Source: Spirogloea muscicola
Taxonomy: Eukaryota
DNA length: 64,000 bases
Direction: 5' to 3'
Assembly (NCBI GenBank): GCA_009602725.1
Contig: WELB01000011.1
Span: 287,691 to 351,690, forward strand
A program made the position numbers and the translations under genes. This document shows positions 1-11,839 of the stretch, piece after piece; position 1 is the stretch's first letter; every line of letters starts with the position of its first letter. The notes under the pieces were generated by a model. The model saw only the letters and a list, made by a program, of their open reading frames with translations, was not told the origin of the DNA and searched no databases.

Positions 1-400
1 GGGGGGGGGGGGGGGGGGGGGGGGGGGGGTCGGGTACAGCCGCCACCCCCGGCCCAAGTAACGGCCCGGTAAGCGAACCCCGCCCATTAGCGCCGTTCAG
101 GGTGGTCACATTAACGGAGGTTGGCCTGCAGGCCGCGCCCACCCATCCCATAACCAACCGCCTCCGCGCCCGCCGCCTCCGCCGCCGCCGCCGCCTCCGC
201 TGCCGCCGCGGCCGTCGCCGCCGCCGCAAAAGTAGCCACGGGCCAACGGGCTCGCCGTGACGGGCCGCGGCGGGCTCCCGGCCCCAGCCTTCCAGCGAAG
301 CGAGCGGGCCCGCCCCTCGATCGGCCTGGAGGCCGGCCCTCCATCACCACGGCTTCTGAGAGCTCGTAGCGAAAGTTGAGGCTCTGAAGTTCGAGCCGCG

Positions 401-1507
401 ATGGCGCCTAGCCTGGCACGGGAGGCGCCTGGGCCAGCCATGCTCCCGCTTCTGGAGGGCTTGGAGCCGACCGCCGGCGCCCTTGCGGACGCGCTGACGA
501 CGCCGTACGAGGACTGCTTTCTGTAAGACCGCATCCTCCCAGAGGTACGAGCGCCCCTTTGTCGCACCGGCGAGACTATATAATGGATACCACTTAAGAT
601 ATTGTGGGTTGTACTTGGTGCAATTGGCTATAAGAAGCTGTTCACGAGGTTGGTCAGAATGGGGCCGCTCCAAGGGTCCAGAGCCCGGGGACCTCGGCTA
701 TCCCTGAATTGACCACGGGATTGATGGGACTCAGCTGATGTGCCAAATGACCGTGTCACACTCGCGTTGTCAATTGTACATTCACGTCTTGACTGCCTGC
801 CACGGTGCTAGCTCAAGGGCCTTGGCTGCGCTGATTTTGCTGCAGGATCAAGCTTGCTGATGACAATGCAGTAATGGTATCGAAGATGATTTTAGCCCCT
901 TGAACAGCAGACACCATCAGGATATCTACTCATCTTTTCGAAATAAGCCAGAAACTACCAGAAGCTTTGACACCACACTGACCATCCAGATGGATGTCTC
1001 TGGCCTCTTCCCGCTTGCAACAGCTTGCTCATTATGCGGACGAGGTGGGCGGCCCACTCTATGCCGTGGTCTTCAGGTCGATCAGAAAACTGGAGGCTGA
1101 CTCGGAGCAGCTGTATGCCGCCGATGCTGCCGCGCACGAGGAGGCCAAGAAGAGTGGAGGGCTGCTAAAGGTGCACCATAGTGAAATGTGGACAACTATA
1201 CATTCTTTGTACCATTGGCAAGTTAGCATGTCTAAAAGCCGGAGTTGTTTCATGATTCATGCACTGATGCCTGGCAGGCTTTTGCTTGCAGTATTGGTAT
1301 GGCACGCTCAACGAGCAGAGGGAGTGCCTGGCAACGTGCATCTGGTCCTCTAGGGAACACGCCCGGCGGGCACTGGGCAAGCCTTCGCACATCAAAGCCA
1401 TGCAGCTGGCCAGCCAGATGTACGTCATGTACGTTCTAGAACGGTACTGGATACACAAGTGCGGCGACTCAAAGTCAGGTCTTCACCTAGTCTTTGAGCG
1501 ACTGTGA
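401..1507 (+). CDS. UPF0643-like protein (family of S. pombe SPBPB2B2.08); exons ~401-522, 846-870 (uncertain), 1024-1170, 1292-1507
   Basis: GT-AG splicing joins LYAVVFRSIRKLEADSEQLYAADAAAHEEAKKSGGLLK to YWYGTLNEQRECLATCIWSSREHARRA...H..AM.LA..MY..Y.LERY. This matches the recalled AHEEA-SGGLLKYW-LATCIW signature. Confidence 0.7.
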
Positions 1508-2119
1508 ATATGCCCAAGTCACTGCTCTAGGCTTGCCACGCCCTTACTCCCAGCATTAGACGGGCAGCTCAGACAGACGGCACTGCCGTCACTGATGTTG
1601 CTCCTGTCTGCATCACGTGTAGCAGCCAGGTACACTATTCTTTATTCTTTATTGTGAAAGCTACTCTCGTAGTCATGCAGGCACAGACTTCACAACCCTC
1701 ATTCTCTTATAATCATTCATTGTGCTGATTCGCACTGACGTATTGGCCTTCTCCGCTGCAACTATCCGTTGACGAAGAAGTGGCAGTGAGGAGCTTAGAC
1801 CTGCCGATGTGTTCAAGCAGGCGGTGCAGTTGAGGGGCCCGACAGTCATCTCCTTTTATGATGTTTTGCACTTGCCACTCCCTCAGTAGTGTACATACAT
1901 AAGTAAGGGTCCTGCTCACACTTGTTCAAAGCTATTCGGATGGTGAGGCATCTGTACTCCGTCCCTTCCTGCAACAAGTTCCAGTCACTGCAAGGTCAAC
2001 AGAAGCTACAGACGCAGACGAATGAGTAGGGCGTAAGAGCTGGACCTGAGGCAGGTCAAGCTGTGACTTGCATGCTAGCTTGGTGTAGAGGTCAGTTAGA
2101 TGTATATCAATCCATCTAG

Positions 2120-3270
2120 CTCCTTTCAGAAGGGGGCAATGACTGTAAAGGCCAGCCCAAAGAACGGGACAATTTGCAAGGGGCCAGAAGAGAAAGAAGC
2201 AGCTCTTTCCAAGGGGGCGAGGGCTGTGGAAGGCCAGCCCAGAACCAGATAAGTGCAAGGCGGTGGCTGGAGAACAACGAAAGAGTGACACAGTCAAAAG
2301 AGGGTGATGACTGTGAAACCAGCTGTGAAACCCCCAAAATGAACGAGCAAGGATCAAAGACCTTCCGAAAGGGGCGGATGGCTGTGGCAAGGGCCAGCCC
2401 AAGAAACAACGGACAGAGGAGCCGGGGAGAGAGAAGTCGGTTGCTGTGAAGAGCCAGCCCAAAGTGAAAGCTGGCCCAAAGGAAGGCAATGGCTGTCACA
2501 GGCCAGCCCACAACGATGAACAAGGTCGTGAATTGGGCTGGAGGCTGCCAAGGACCACAAGCACGTGGCTTGCCAACTCGGCTAGCGGTCGCCGCATGCC
2601 ATTGGGCCGGGGGCCGACGGAATGTGTGTAACAGCCAGCTAGGTGAGCGCTCCTGGCGCCAGGAGGCTTCAGCGGAGAGGCGTTGCGGCGCGGGCGCCCG
2701 CGCATGGGAGGGCTGGAAGCGATAGGCCGTTTGCTCCCACTCCTGGTGGAGGGGCACTCGGCCCCCTGGCTCGACCAGGACAACCGAACAGAACAGAGGG
2801 GCCCTGCGGGCAGCCCCAGCTCCACCAAGGCCTCGCCGCTGGCTCCCACTCTCCTTTTGTGTTTTCTTTTTCCTGGGCTGGCCAAGCACAGCCATTGCCC
2901 TCACTGGTTTTCTTTTTCCTGGGCTGGCCAAGCACAGCCATTGCCCTCACTGGAAGAGTCTTTTTCTGGCGTGGGCTGGCCTCTGTTCAATCTTTCTACT
3001 GGGCTGGTCTTTCTACTGGGCTGGCCGATCACAGCCATCGCCCTCGAGTGGAGGAGTCTTCACATTCCATTGCCTCGCATTAGAAGAGCTTTTCGTTTCT
3101 TGTTCATTTTGTTGGGCTGGCCTCTCGCTGCCATGGCCTTACGTTGGAAGAGCTGGTTCTTTCTTCTCTCCCCTCCCCCCCTCCTCAGTCCCTGACTCCT
3201 TTTCCCCGCTCCTCCGCACTTTCATTGGGCTGGCCTTCCACAGCCAGTGCCCCTTTTGAAAAGCCTTCTT
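2120..3270. repeat. Array of ~13 short retroelement 3'-tail units (GGCTG-N7/8-CAGCC hairpin core); minus-oriented 2120-2510, plus-oriented 2860-3270
   Basis: GCCAGCCC at ~2152, 2233, 2393, 2453, 2502; GGGCTGG at ~2875, 2921, 2973, 3001, 3018, 3114, 3227. Includes a direct ~45-bp tandem duplication at 2861-2953. Confidence 0.8.
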
Positions 3271-3473
3271 TCCTATCCTTGACACGTCTTGTCAGATGGT
3301 ATTCATAAAGGCAGAGCTACAAGCCTATGCAGAGTCATGCCACCTGAATTATCCTGAAAGCAAGCTTGAGCAAAAGATCATGCTGTGCTGTGTTGTTGTA
3401 TTCCTTCTGCTAGCCAGTCTATGACCTTTCAGGCCTATGAGCCCATAACAGATTAAACCTCAGATATTTGCAC

Positions 3474-5685
3474 CTGTGACGAGGATGATTGGCCCTGGCA
3501 CTTCTTGTTTAGGTGTTCAAAGTATTCCGCTCCAGAATGATCAGCAGAGGTCGGGCCCTGCTTGACAAAAAGATTGCATCACTTACTAATACTGCTCCAG
3601 ATGGACATTGAACAGAAGCATTGTATAGTGGCCCATTGACATCGTGAATCACAGCCAGAGCATATCGGTCCCAGTACAGCAAGCATTACACATGATGCTT
3701 TAGCTGAGGCCAGAGGTGGACCCCCGATCAAAGGTGAACAGGCACTCATCGCAAAAGGTGGGTAAGCCAGACCTGGGTGCTGATGAGTTCCCTGTCGATG
3801 GTGACCTTGGGCATCATGGGGGGGCCTCTACCAAGATTCCGCAATTTTCTCTCAGCTCAGGCTCGACCTGTGAATGAGAACTGGAGGAGCTTTATGGAAG
3901 TACATGCTACATATGCAAGTTGGAGGCTTCCGGAGCCACAGCCTTTATGAGGGGCCCGTCAAAGGCACCATAGAAAAGTCCTAGTCAGATGAATCCCATC
4001 GCCTTGTATGGCAATTTGCCCAGCCACAGAAGCTCAATAATGTCCTCCTCGGCGTCTGAGTAGCACGTCATCTTGTATCCGTCATACGCCCAAGATGAGG
4101 TGGGCTGCACCTGCTTCGTGGACAGCAGGGCAATAGGGGCATGACAATCATTTCTGCACAGCAACACACACTGTTAATCCAACCAATATATGAGGACGAC
4201 ATGGCTACATTGTGAAACATTGGAGGTCCACGCCAGCTCGCAGGCTTCTCTGGCTACTCCAGAATGGGTAAGCAACTAGAGGAGAAAGAGCTGCTCCTCA
4301 CGTCTGTAGCTGGCTTATGCAAGATAGCTTACCGGTCGGCTTGGAGCGCTTGTGGAAGTGGAGGAGGATGCGGCCTAGCTCAGGGTCATTCCACAGGTCA
4401 GTCATGGGGCATGGCCTACAAGCACGAGGCACACAGAGCCAGTGAGCCCACGGAATATCCAGGTTGGTGAGTGTGGTAACACCGCAACTTCGACAGCTGC
4501 ATGCTTCAGTTTGTGCATCGTGACAATGATGACAGTCACCCTGACTGTCAGGCACCTTCGCATTCGAGAGGAGGTGCACGCAATGCTTGTGAGGAGCCCG
4601 AGAGATGGTCATCTCATGCTTGTTCCCATACAAGCAGCACATAGCTGTGTCTTCTTTGGAGAAGTAACAGGCAACACGACAAGTCCGCACCGACCTCCAG
4701 GGATAAGGACGCCATCAAAGGACTCCAGCTCTTCGTCGGAGAATGAGGCGAATGTGCGAGGCTGGGCCAGGTTGCCTTCGGCGTGCAGGCGCTCCAGCAG
4801 CTGCACCTCCTCGTTCTTCTCGGACCAGTGCCAGGGGTTGAACCACAGCTTGCTATCGGACAGAGGGTCCATCGACGGTGCGTTGCCCTTTGGGTTCGCA
4901 AACTGGATCGTCAGTGGTGAGCAAGGCATGTGTTTGCACCGTCAGTTGTATATTGAGGCCTACTCAACATACAACGTGGTAGTTGGAGTCGAGCAGCCGA
5001 ACGAGCGGCCCGCCTGGCTCCTTGAGGAAGAACCCTGTCAGCTGCTGCTTGCCACTCTGCAGCATCATAGGGAAGTGGGACCATCTGCACACTCGATTCA
5101 TACAGTTGAGCTCATAAAGTATCGACCCTCCTCTGACTTCTTCGGCAGTATCGTCGAATTGATCGGTGTCAAAAACGCCAGTCCAGTAGCAGATGCCCAC
5201 AGCTGAAGCAGCTTGCAGCTCGCTCTGTGCACGGCCGTTGTGTGTAGATCTAGTTCATGTCGTGTCGGCAACAGCCTCCTGAGAAGCAAGTGATTGAGAT
5301 AATGGAGTGGCGACCCTGACCAACGAGGTGAGGATTGCGAGAAGACCTGGAGGTCCACATGGTCGGGGCTGGAGCAGCAGATGAGGACCTTGCCCAGGGC
5401 GGCGCCGGCAGGCGCTGCTGTCGATTCCACGGCCGCAGCCGAGGGCACCTCCGTCGCGCAGCGTGCCGCCTGAAGCGCAAGCGGAGCCCGGCCATCGTCG
5501 GCCGTCTTGGGACCATCGGAGGCCGCCGAAAGCCGGTCAAGCAGGCGGAGGGCTCCGCGCCTGCGCCGCCGCTGCCACGGGCTGACGAGCGCCGCTGCCG
5601 GCGGCGCCTGCCGGGCGCAGCGGCAGCGGCTGCGGAGGGCCGCGGGCGAGATTGCTGGCGCGGCTGCGAGGCTGGCGGCAGCCAT
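3474..5685 (-). pseudogene. DJ-1/PfpI (class I glutamine amidotransferase-like, Hsp31-type) copy A with transit-peptide-like N-terminus; probably frameshifted
   Basis: Exons 5685-5347, 5056-4973, 4902-4695, 4415-4333, ~4153-4003, ~3867-3773, ~3557-3476 match copy B. In the catalytic-Cys exon copy A reads cag|AA ATG AT TGT CAT versus cag|GA ATG ATC TGC CAC in copy B (1-nt deletion). The next donor is GC rather than GT, and KEL is replaced by KEP. Confidence 0.7.
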
Positions 5686-5724
5686 GGCCAGCTTAGCGAG
5701 CTCGGGCAACCGGATGGAGGCCCC

Positions 5725-5930
5725 GTCCAGTAGAGGGTGATGGCTGTGACCGGCCAGCCCAGGAGAATAGTGAACGATGCTCGAAGGGGCCAGAGAAGCG
5801 CTGAAGCACACGGCGATTTCAAGTGCCCACTGGGTGCTCAGTTTTCCCTAGTGAGCCGCTGGTTAGAGAATCTAGTGGTCGGGTAGCAGGTCTCTTGTCT
5901 GTAGGCAGAGGCTGCAGGGGGTGGCTCTCG
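5725..5930 (-). mobile_element. RLE-LINE 3' end remnant (C-terminus variant + 3' UTR + hairpin tail)
   Basis: About 200 bp collinear with 14695-14890; minus strand reads AASAYRQETCYPTTRFSNQRLTREN* followed by the GGCTG..CAGCC hairpin. Confidence 0.65.
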
Positions 5931-6039
5931 AGCCAGAGGAACAACAATGCGGTTGCTGAATTCACGAAAGCGGATCAAAGGCCGCTCTTCTTTGTATAGC
6001 CGCTTTCCAGGTGCGTTCAGAGGCTAGGAGAGAGGGAGA

Positions 6040-6640
6040 AGACAATTTTGTGTACTTGAAATAAACGAGGGCCAAATGGCCAAGTACAAAGGCAATCACA
6101 TCTAAGACCTACTTAACCTTCTTCAGCAAATTGACCCGCTCAGTAACCACGGGTCAAAACATAAAGGTCACTAATCGATGCCTGAATGCTAGATGTCAGA
6201 GATGAAGCCCTTCTGCCACCAACTAGAGCTCGCCCAGCTTTCTGGTGCAAAGCATAGCCTGGGCACGCTGCAAACGGGCCGATTCTCGTCTTCGCAAGAA
6301 CGACAGATATGCAGCTGGCAAGCCCTTCTCAGCTGGATACACATCTGCACGACGTGTGTAGCCTACATTGGCAATATTCTTTAGAAGTGTGTGGAAGCGA
6401 GGACCCAGACAGCCAAAGATGTCAACTGCCGCTGGCAGGAGCTGATCGCGTTGGGGGTAATCAGAGTGCCGCCGCTACTTTCTTTGTTCCGCACTGCCCA
6501 CTGCGTGACCAGCGATGTGTGTCGATGGTGGACCTTCATACGCCACCGTAACGACATCAACCAAGGCCCGTGGTCCTGCACCAGGTTGCACGCCCACAAT
6601 GTCTAGTGTGCGGCGATGATGACGTCCCTGGGCGTCCGTG
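6040..6640 (-). mobile_element. 5'-truncated CRE-like non-LTR retrotransposon: degenerate RLE domain + 3' UTR
   Basis: Minus strand reads RRTLDIVGVQPGAGPRALVDVVTVA...GHAVGSAEQRK*..DQLLPAAVDIFGCLG..LRRRESARLQRAQA...DLYVLTRGY* (stop ~6140). This fits the RLE pattern D..D..AE..K..G..LQR.A. An inverted paralog lies at 29585-30050. Confidence 0.8.
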
Positions 6641-6839
6641 GTGGTAGGCGTACGAGAAGGGGGGGGGGAGGGGGGGGGGTGCCACTTGGCCGCGGCCTCG
6701 CACAAGCGGCGTCGTCCAACGTGGCTACCAGTTGGCGAGGCCTGGCTCGGACGTGGCTTCGCCTACGTGGACGGCGCTCCGGCTGGACGCGCCAACGTGG
6801 CTGCCTGGTCCCGGGGGACAGGATCCGACGTGGCACACA

Positions 6840-7590
6840 CCCTTGGCCGCTGTCCCCAAAAGCTGCTCCTTCTACTCGCTCGTTTGGGCTGGCCTTTCAC
6901 GTGCAACGTGCTCGGGCCGTCTGGCTTTCAAGTGGCCAGACCTTCTGCAGCGGCTTCTATGGTTCTAGAGGTTACTGAGCGCTCCCTGGCTGATGTCTTG
7001 GTCCTAGTCGTTCGCACTCAGGCTCCCTCAGACCTTGTCCATTCTTTTGGGCTGGCCTTTCCCAGCCACCAATCAATCTGGCCGCGCTTCTGCTATGGCG
7101 GGCCATCAATCGTTCGTCAGGGACAGCAAGGTGAGCTGCCCGGCTTCAGTGCCGGTCCGCTTGCCCAGGTGTTCCGTATGCGGCTCCCCACCTCATGTCA
7201 GCGATCCCAGGGTCATGCAGTGCACTTGCAAGGTGGCCGCGCTTTGGCTGCTTCTGGGTTGCGTTGGGGAATATTAAGAGCTGCGGTGACACAAAGTTGC
7301 GGCTGCTGACTTGGGGTCACTAAGCTTGCGCTTTACGAAGCCCATACACTGCCACTTCATAGCTGTCTAATTTCAGCACCTTCCAGCCCTTCGGCTCGCT
7401 TTCGTCTGGCAGGAGGTTGTGTGAACTTGTCCGCTCGCCCCCGTGTGCGCAGCGGAGCATGTGGGCCGCCAGCGCCGCAGGGTCATCGTTTGGACCTAGT
7501 CCACTTCTTGTGGGCTGGCTTTTCACAGCCCTCCCCCAGTTGGAAGAGCCCCTCTCTTTCACAGCCCCTGCCCCTTTTGGAAGAGCTTAC
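6840..7590. mobile_element. Cluster of RLE-LINE fragments: plus-strand 3' ends (6840-7090, 7140-7270), minus-strand zinc-knuckle fragment (7410-7500), hairpin tails (7500-7590)
   Basis: QRARAV...SRGY* (stop 6978); LAQVFRMRLPTSCQRSQGHAVHLQGGRALAASG; AHMLRCAHGGERTSSHNLL resembles the H.L.C..GG.R..RHN motif that precedes RLE domains. Confidence 0.7.
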
Positions 7591-8339
7591 TTCTCTCAGC
7601 TGCCACTTATATGACGATTTAGCCAACCCGTCGCCTATCATGCCTGGCTTGTGCGGCTTTTGTTTGATTGCGGACCTCGTCAAGACATATTCCTTGGACG
7701 CACAAACCAATTGGCGGGGCACGCTGTCAGCTAAACCGCAGGCGCCAAGGGGCGCAAGCGCGGAATTCCCTGTCAGTGACGAGTTTTGTCTGGCAGGCGA
7801 GTCGAGGTCCACCTGGCTTTTCAGAATCAGTAGCTCGGCCTTCTCAAATAGCTCATCTTCTGCTTTTGCGGTGAGTGGTAGTCCGGCGTCAAGGGTAGCA
7901 GGGCGAGCAGCCCGGTTGCTTGCCGCCGATTCGACTCCTCCGATGCGAATGCCCCTTCAACAATTTGTAATAGGCTCCAGCCTTCTCAGGCGTTCACTGT
8001 GCATTTGCGAGCAGGTCACGCCTTGGCTGCTGCCACTGGCTTACAACGCAGTTACTCTTTTCCAGCTGCAAGCTACTGCAACTTACGGCTTTGATTAGTG
8101 GTATTCAGCATTCACTGGTTGTAGCCGCTTTGTAACGTTGCGTGGTTTGTGCTTGCGGCCCTATACAAAGCTTCGACACCTAAACTCTAATCTGCGAATA
8201 CAGTGGATGTCCGTTTAAATTTCGGGATGGCCATTCTCAGCCATCGCCCCTTTCGGAAGAGTTCTCGGCCAACCAAGAGCATATCATGCTGAGTTTACCA
8301 GGTCTGATGCTGTCTGGTATACTTGCACACTTGCGTGCA

Positions 8340-8720
8340 TGTATGCAATCAGTAGTACAGGTGCTTCCAGTGCAAGAGGATGCTCTTGGAAGTGCGCGTG
8401 GCTATTGTGGCCAGGTATTACAAACTCTGCTCGACATCAATTGGTGCAGGTCGTGCCTTGCAAGTACTCAACAGACCAAGTATCTCACAGCGCAAACATG
8501 CTCCGCACTGGATACTCTAGCAAAGAAGTGCTTGAGTACTGCCCTTCACGCATCCTCAGCTAGAAATTTCAAGAAAAGTCATGTTTGTATTGCTGGAAGC
8601 AGTGGCTTATCTAGGCCTGGCAACTGATGGTTTTGCTCTCAACAATGACCTTAGGCGTCAAAGGAAGCGCCTCCACGATGATGGCGCCATCGTCCCTGAA
8701 ATCCGTCTCCACCAGCGGAT
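8340..8720 (-). pseudogene. Relic of the last exons of a third DJ-1/PfpI copy
   Basis: VETDFRDDGAIIVEALPLTPKVIVESKTISCQ (8617-8713) parallels copy B VETELRNNGAIMVEALPMIPKVTVDRELISAQ; a degenerate version of the GPTSADQFGAEF exon lies at ~8400-8455. Confidence 0.7.
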
Positions 8721-9717
8721 GACAGCACAGAACTTCTCTTGACCGACACATACTTGCATTTCCAAGAAAGCGATCTAATAATATTGCGATTATCTGAACG
8801 AAACGATTTGAACGCAGATCAAGTAACTGATAAAAGTACTTGCTCAACTACACCAGCGACATAAATCTGCCTCCCAGTCCTGGAGCAAGTTGTGTTGTAC
8901 CCGGCTTATGCGCATAGTGCACTTGGCTCCGCTTGCTTTGTGAACAGTACTGCAATTTCGAGTGTGGCTGATCACTCCTGCGCAGCACCCCGGATGCCAA
9001 GGTCACCTACTCAAAGCACTCATAAGACTAGATAATAATTGATTACAAACTGGCGGAGCAGCAGCTTGTCTTCTTCTATGCAAGTGATAATTAACGACTG
9101 GCAAGCAGCACTTCAAACAATGCTTGAAGCTTTGGCTGAGATTGCAGTTAGTGGGCTGTTCGGACTGCTCAACGGCCGTAAAAGTCGAGGTGAGTGCGGC
9201 TGACATTGGGTAGTACTGCAGGTAATACTGAAGCATTATTACTGAAGCATGGCCTGCAAGCAATCAAGATGTGAATTGATCTGACCGCTGGTTATTTCAG
9301 ATTGGAGGTTTAAACACTAAGGCAAAAGCCTCCTTACGAATGATCGGCAATCTGATTTTTTTCAGCGCATCTAATTTCAATCTGGATAAGCTTTGCATGT
9401 TTACTTTGTGTGGTGCTTTCTATGTCACGAATCTCAATGCCGTTCCTACTACAGGCTTTGTCCTTACCAATTTTGCAGTCAGCTATGCATGACAGACTTT
9501 TGACAGGTGGTACAACCTTCGAGGTACTTTCAGGACCTCGGAGAGTATTTGCGTGTTACGTATGTAGCCTGACACAATTGATACAGGTGACTTATGGCTG
9601 CATGGTGGAAAGAGGTGCTTCACCGGACTGGTGAGCAGGATATACTATATACTCCGCATCATATCATTCTTCATATACTGCACAGGACAATTGTTCGTCA
9701 TGTTGTGGTGCAAGTGC

Positions 9718-11515
9718 TTACTCAGTTGACAGACGTGCGTGCCTGCGGTGCAAAAGCTTGCCCCTGCAACGGGGTTGGCTCTTCTCGCTCAGGTGTTTCA
9801 CAAACTCTGCTCCAAATTGATCGGCAGAGGTCGGGCCCTGTCTCATGACAAGAGTAAGATGTCAATATAACGATCATGAGCACAATCATGCTCCTCACTG
9901 GATACTCTAAGAGCAATTTGCTTAAGAGCAGCAACCACCCTTAGGATGCTTCGGCTGGTTTAACATAGCCGCCCAAAGACTTCATGCAGCTGCAAGGAGT
10001 GGGTCAGCCTGGACCTGGGCACTAATGAGCTCCCTGTCAACCGTGACCTTGGGTATCATAGGAAGAGCCTCCACCATTATGGCGCCATTGTTCCTCAACT
10101 CTGTCTCCACCTATGACATCAAAGAGCTCGTTGTTGATCAACACATACTTGCTGACGAGGATACGGTCTCATAAACTCTGCTAACAAATCTGGACTATAC
10201 TCACCTTGTATGGGAGATTGCTCATCCACAGAAGCTCGTTCAGCTTCTCTTCCCGGTTCGAGTAGCATGTCATCTTGTACCCTGCATATGCCCATGGTGC
10301 ATTCGGTTGCACCTGCTTTGTGGACAGTAGCGCAATGGGAGCGTGGCAGATCATTCCTGCCCGGCACCCACAGAATATTGTGGCACCTACTCAGTACACT
10401 TCGTGCTATAAAAGATGTAGCTCAGGACATCAGTGCACCAGCCAGTGTGCGCAAGTTGTCGTGCTTTACGGGTCAGCATGCAGCAGACAGAATGATCTCA
10501 GCGAAAGCTTGACTGATAACGTAGTGAAGATAGCTGACCGGTCGGCTTGGCGCGGTTGTGGAAGTGAAGGAGGATGCGGCCCAGGTTGGGGTCATTCCAC
10601 AGGTCCGCCATCGGAGCATGGCCTTAGAGGAAGCAGGAGGCAAGGAGGGTAGCAGACCACTAATCAGATTGAACTGGGCATGTTCAGGGAGACCGGCGCT
10701 GTCCTTTGGCGAGCAGCTCCAGCAATGTGCAGCTCAAGGAAAGGATTATTTTTATCTTGTCAACAAAGGGTACTACGATGGTGGACCAACCTCCTGGAAC
10801 GAGGATGCCATCAAAGGATTCCAGCTCCGCGTCGGAGATGGACGCGAACGGGCGGGGGCGGTCCAGGTTGCCCTCTGCGTGCATGCGGTCCAGCATCTTC
10901 ACCTCCTCGTCCTTCTCGGACCAGTGGAGGGGGTTGAACCACAGCTTGCTGTTGGACATGGGGTCCATGACAGGCGCGTTGCCTTTTGGGTTGGCAAACT
11001 GGAGTGACACCAGCCGCCCCAGCAGGCTTCAGCGTCGTGATTAACGACCAAGACGTCACGCAACACAAGGACTCGTCGCCAGGATAGTGGCAATTAAGCC
11101 CAATGGAATCGGCAGCCGAGCAGCTGGAGCTGTGCTCACCACCACTTGGTAGTTGTTCTCCAGGAGCCGGATGAGCGGCCGGCCGAGCTCCTTGAGGAAG
11201 AACCCCGTCGGCTGGTGCTTCCCGCTCTGCACGTTAAGTGACAATTTAGCGGGAGCCCACCGGGAGTTTCAGCCGGCCGTCAGCTAGGCTTACACGACCT
11301 CGTCAGAAATTAGACGGCAAGGTGCCACAAAGACGAACGAGAGTTAATCACTATCAGAGGGGAGGATTTGAACATACGACCTGCAGATCGATGTGGTCAG
11401 CGCTGGAGCAGCAGACGAGGACTTTGCCCGGGGCGGCAGCGCCTCCGGCATTCGAACCGGCGCCGGCGCGTGTGGTCGTCGCCGCCGCCACCGCCGCCGG
11501 CGTCAGTTGCGCCAT
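9718..11515 (-). CDS. DJ-1/PfpI family (Hsp31/glyoxalase III-like) protein, copy B, apparently intact
   Basis: Spliced product KVLVCCSSADHIDLQ|SGKHQPTGFFLKELGRP..|FANPKGNAPVMDP..FDGILVPGG|HAPMADLWND..HFHNRAKPT|GMICHAPIALL..YKMTCYS..EE|..|GPTSADQFG. The conserved Glu and the nucleophile-elbow Cys-His are present; the 3' end is uncertain. Confidence 0.8.
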
Positions 11516-11839
11516 GCCGGCGGGACCGGGTCGCCGCCGAAGTCGCCGCCGCTGCCGCCGCAGCAGCAGCCGCCGCCGCTGCCGGCGCAGTTCACGGCGT
11601 GCCAAGCGGGGAAGCTGGGCGGGCGGCGAGGGGGAAGTGTGGCAGAGCGGGCGGTCCGAGCGCCACGTCACTGCACCGTCCGACGTGGCAGCCAGGTGGC
11701 GGGCTTCTGGATCCCCGTGGCTGATGACGTCAGTCCACGTGGCGCTCTCTGATGCCTCCGCAGCACCTATTCCAAGGTCAGCATGATACGACTTTGCAAT
11801 GCCAGTGAGTGGCACGCCTCCGCAAAAGGGCAAACATGG

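Noticed and set aside
1..29. Poly-G run or G-quadruplex
   Set aside because: A homopolymer at the window edge of a gappy draft; likely a sequencing artefact.
1713..2100. Further 3' exons of DJ-1 copy A or a separate gene
   Set aside because: No similarity to copy B and no supportable reading frame.
2120..3270. CRISPR array
   Set aside because: Repeats are degenerate, spacing is irregular, orientation flips, there are no cas genes, the context is eukaryotic, and the unit recurs as a LINE 3' tail.
5725..5765. TGGGCY site-II (TCP) promoter elements upstream of genes
   Set aside because: The hexamer is embedded in a longer retroelement-tail consensus that also occurs in introns (14700, 39420); there is no independent evidence of regulatory use.
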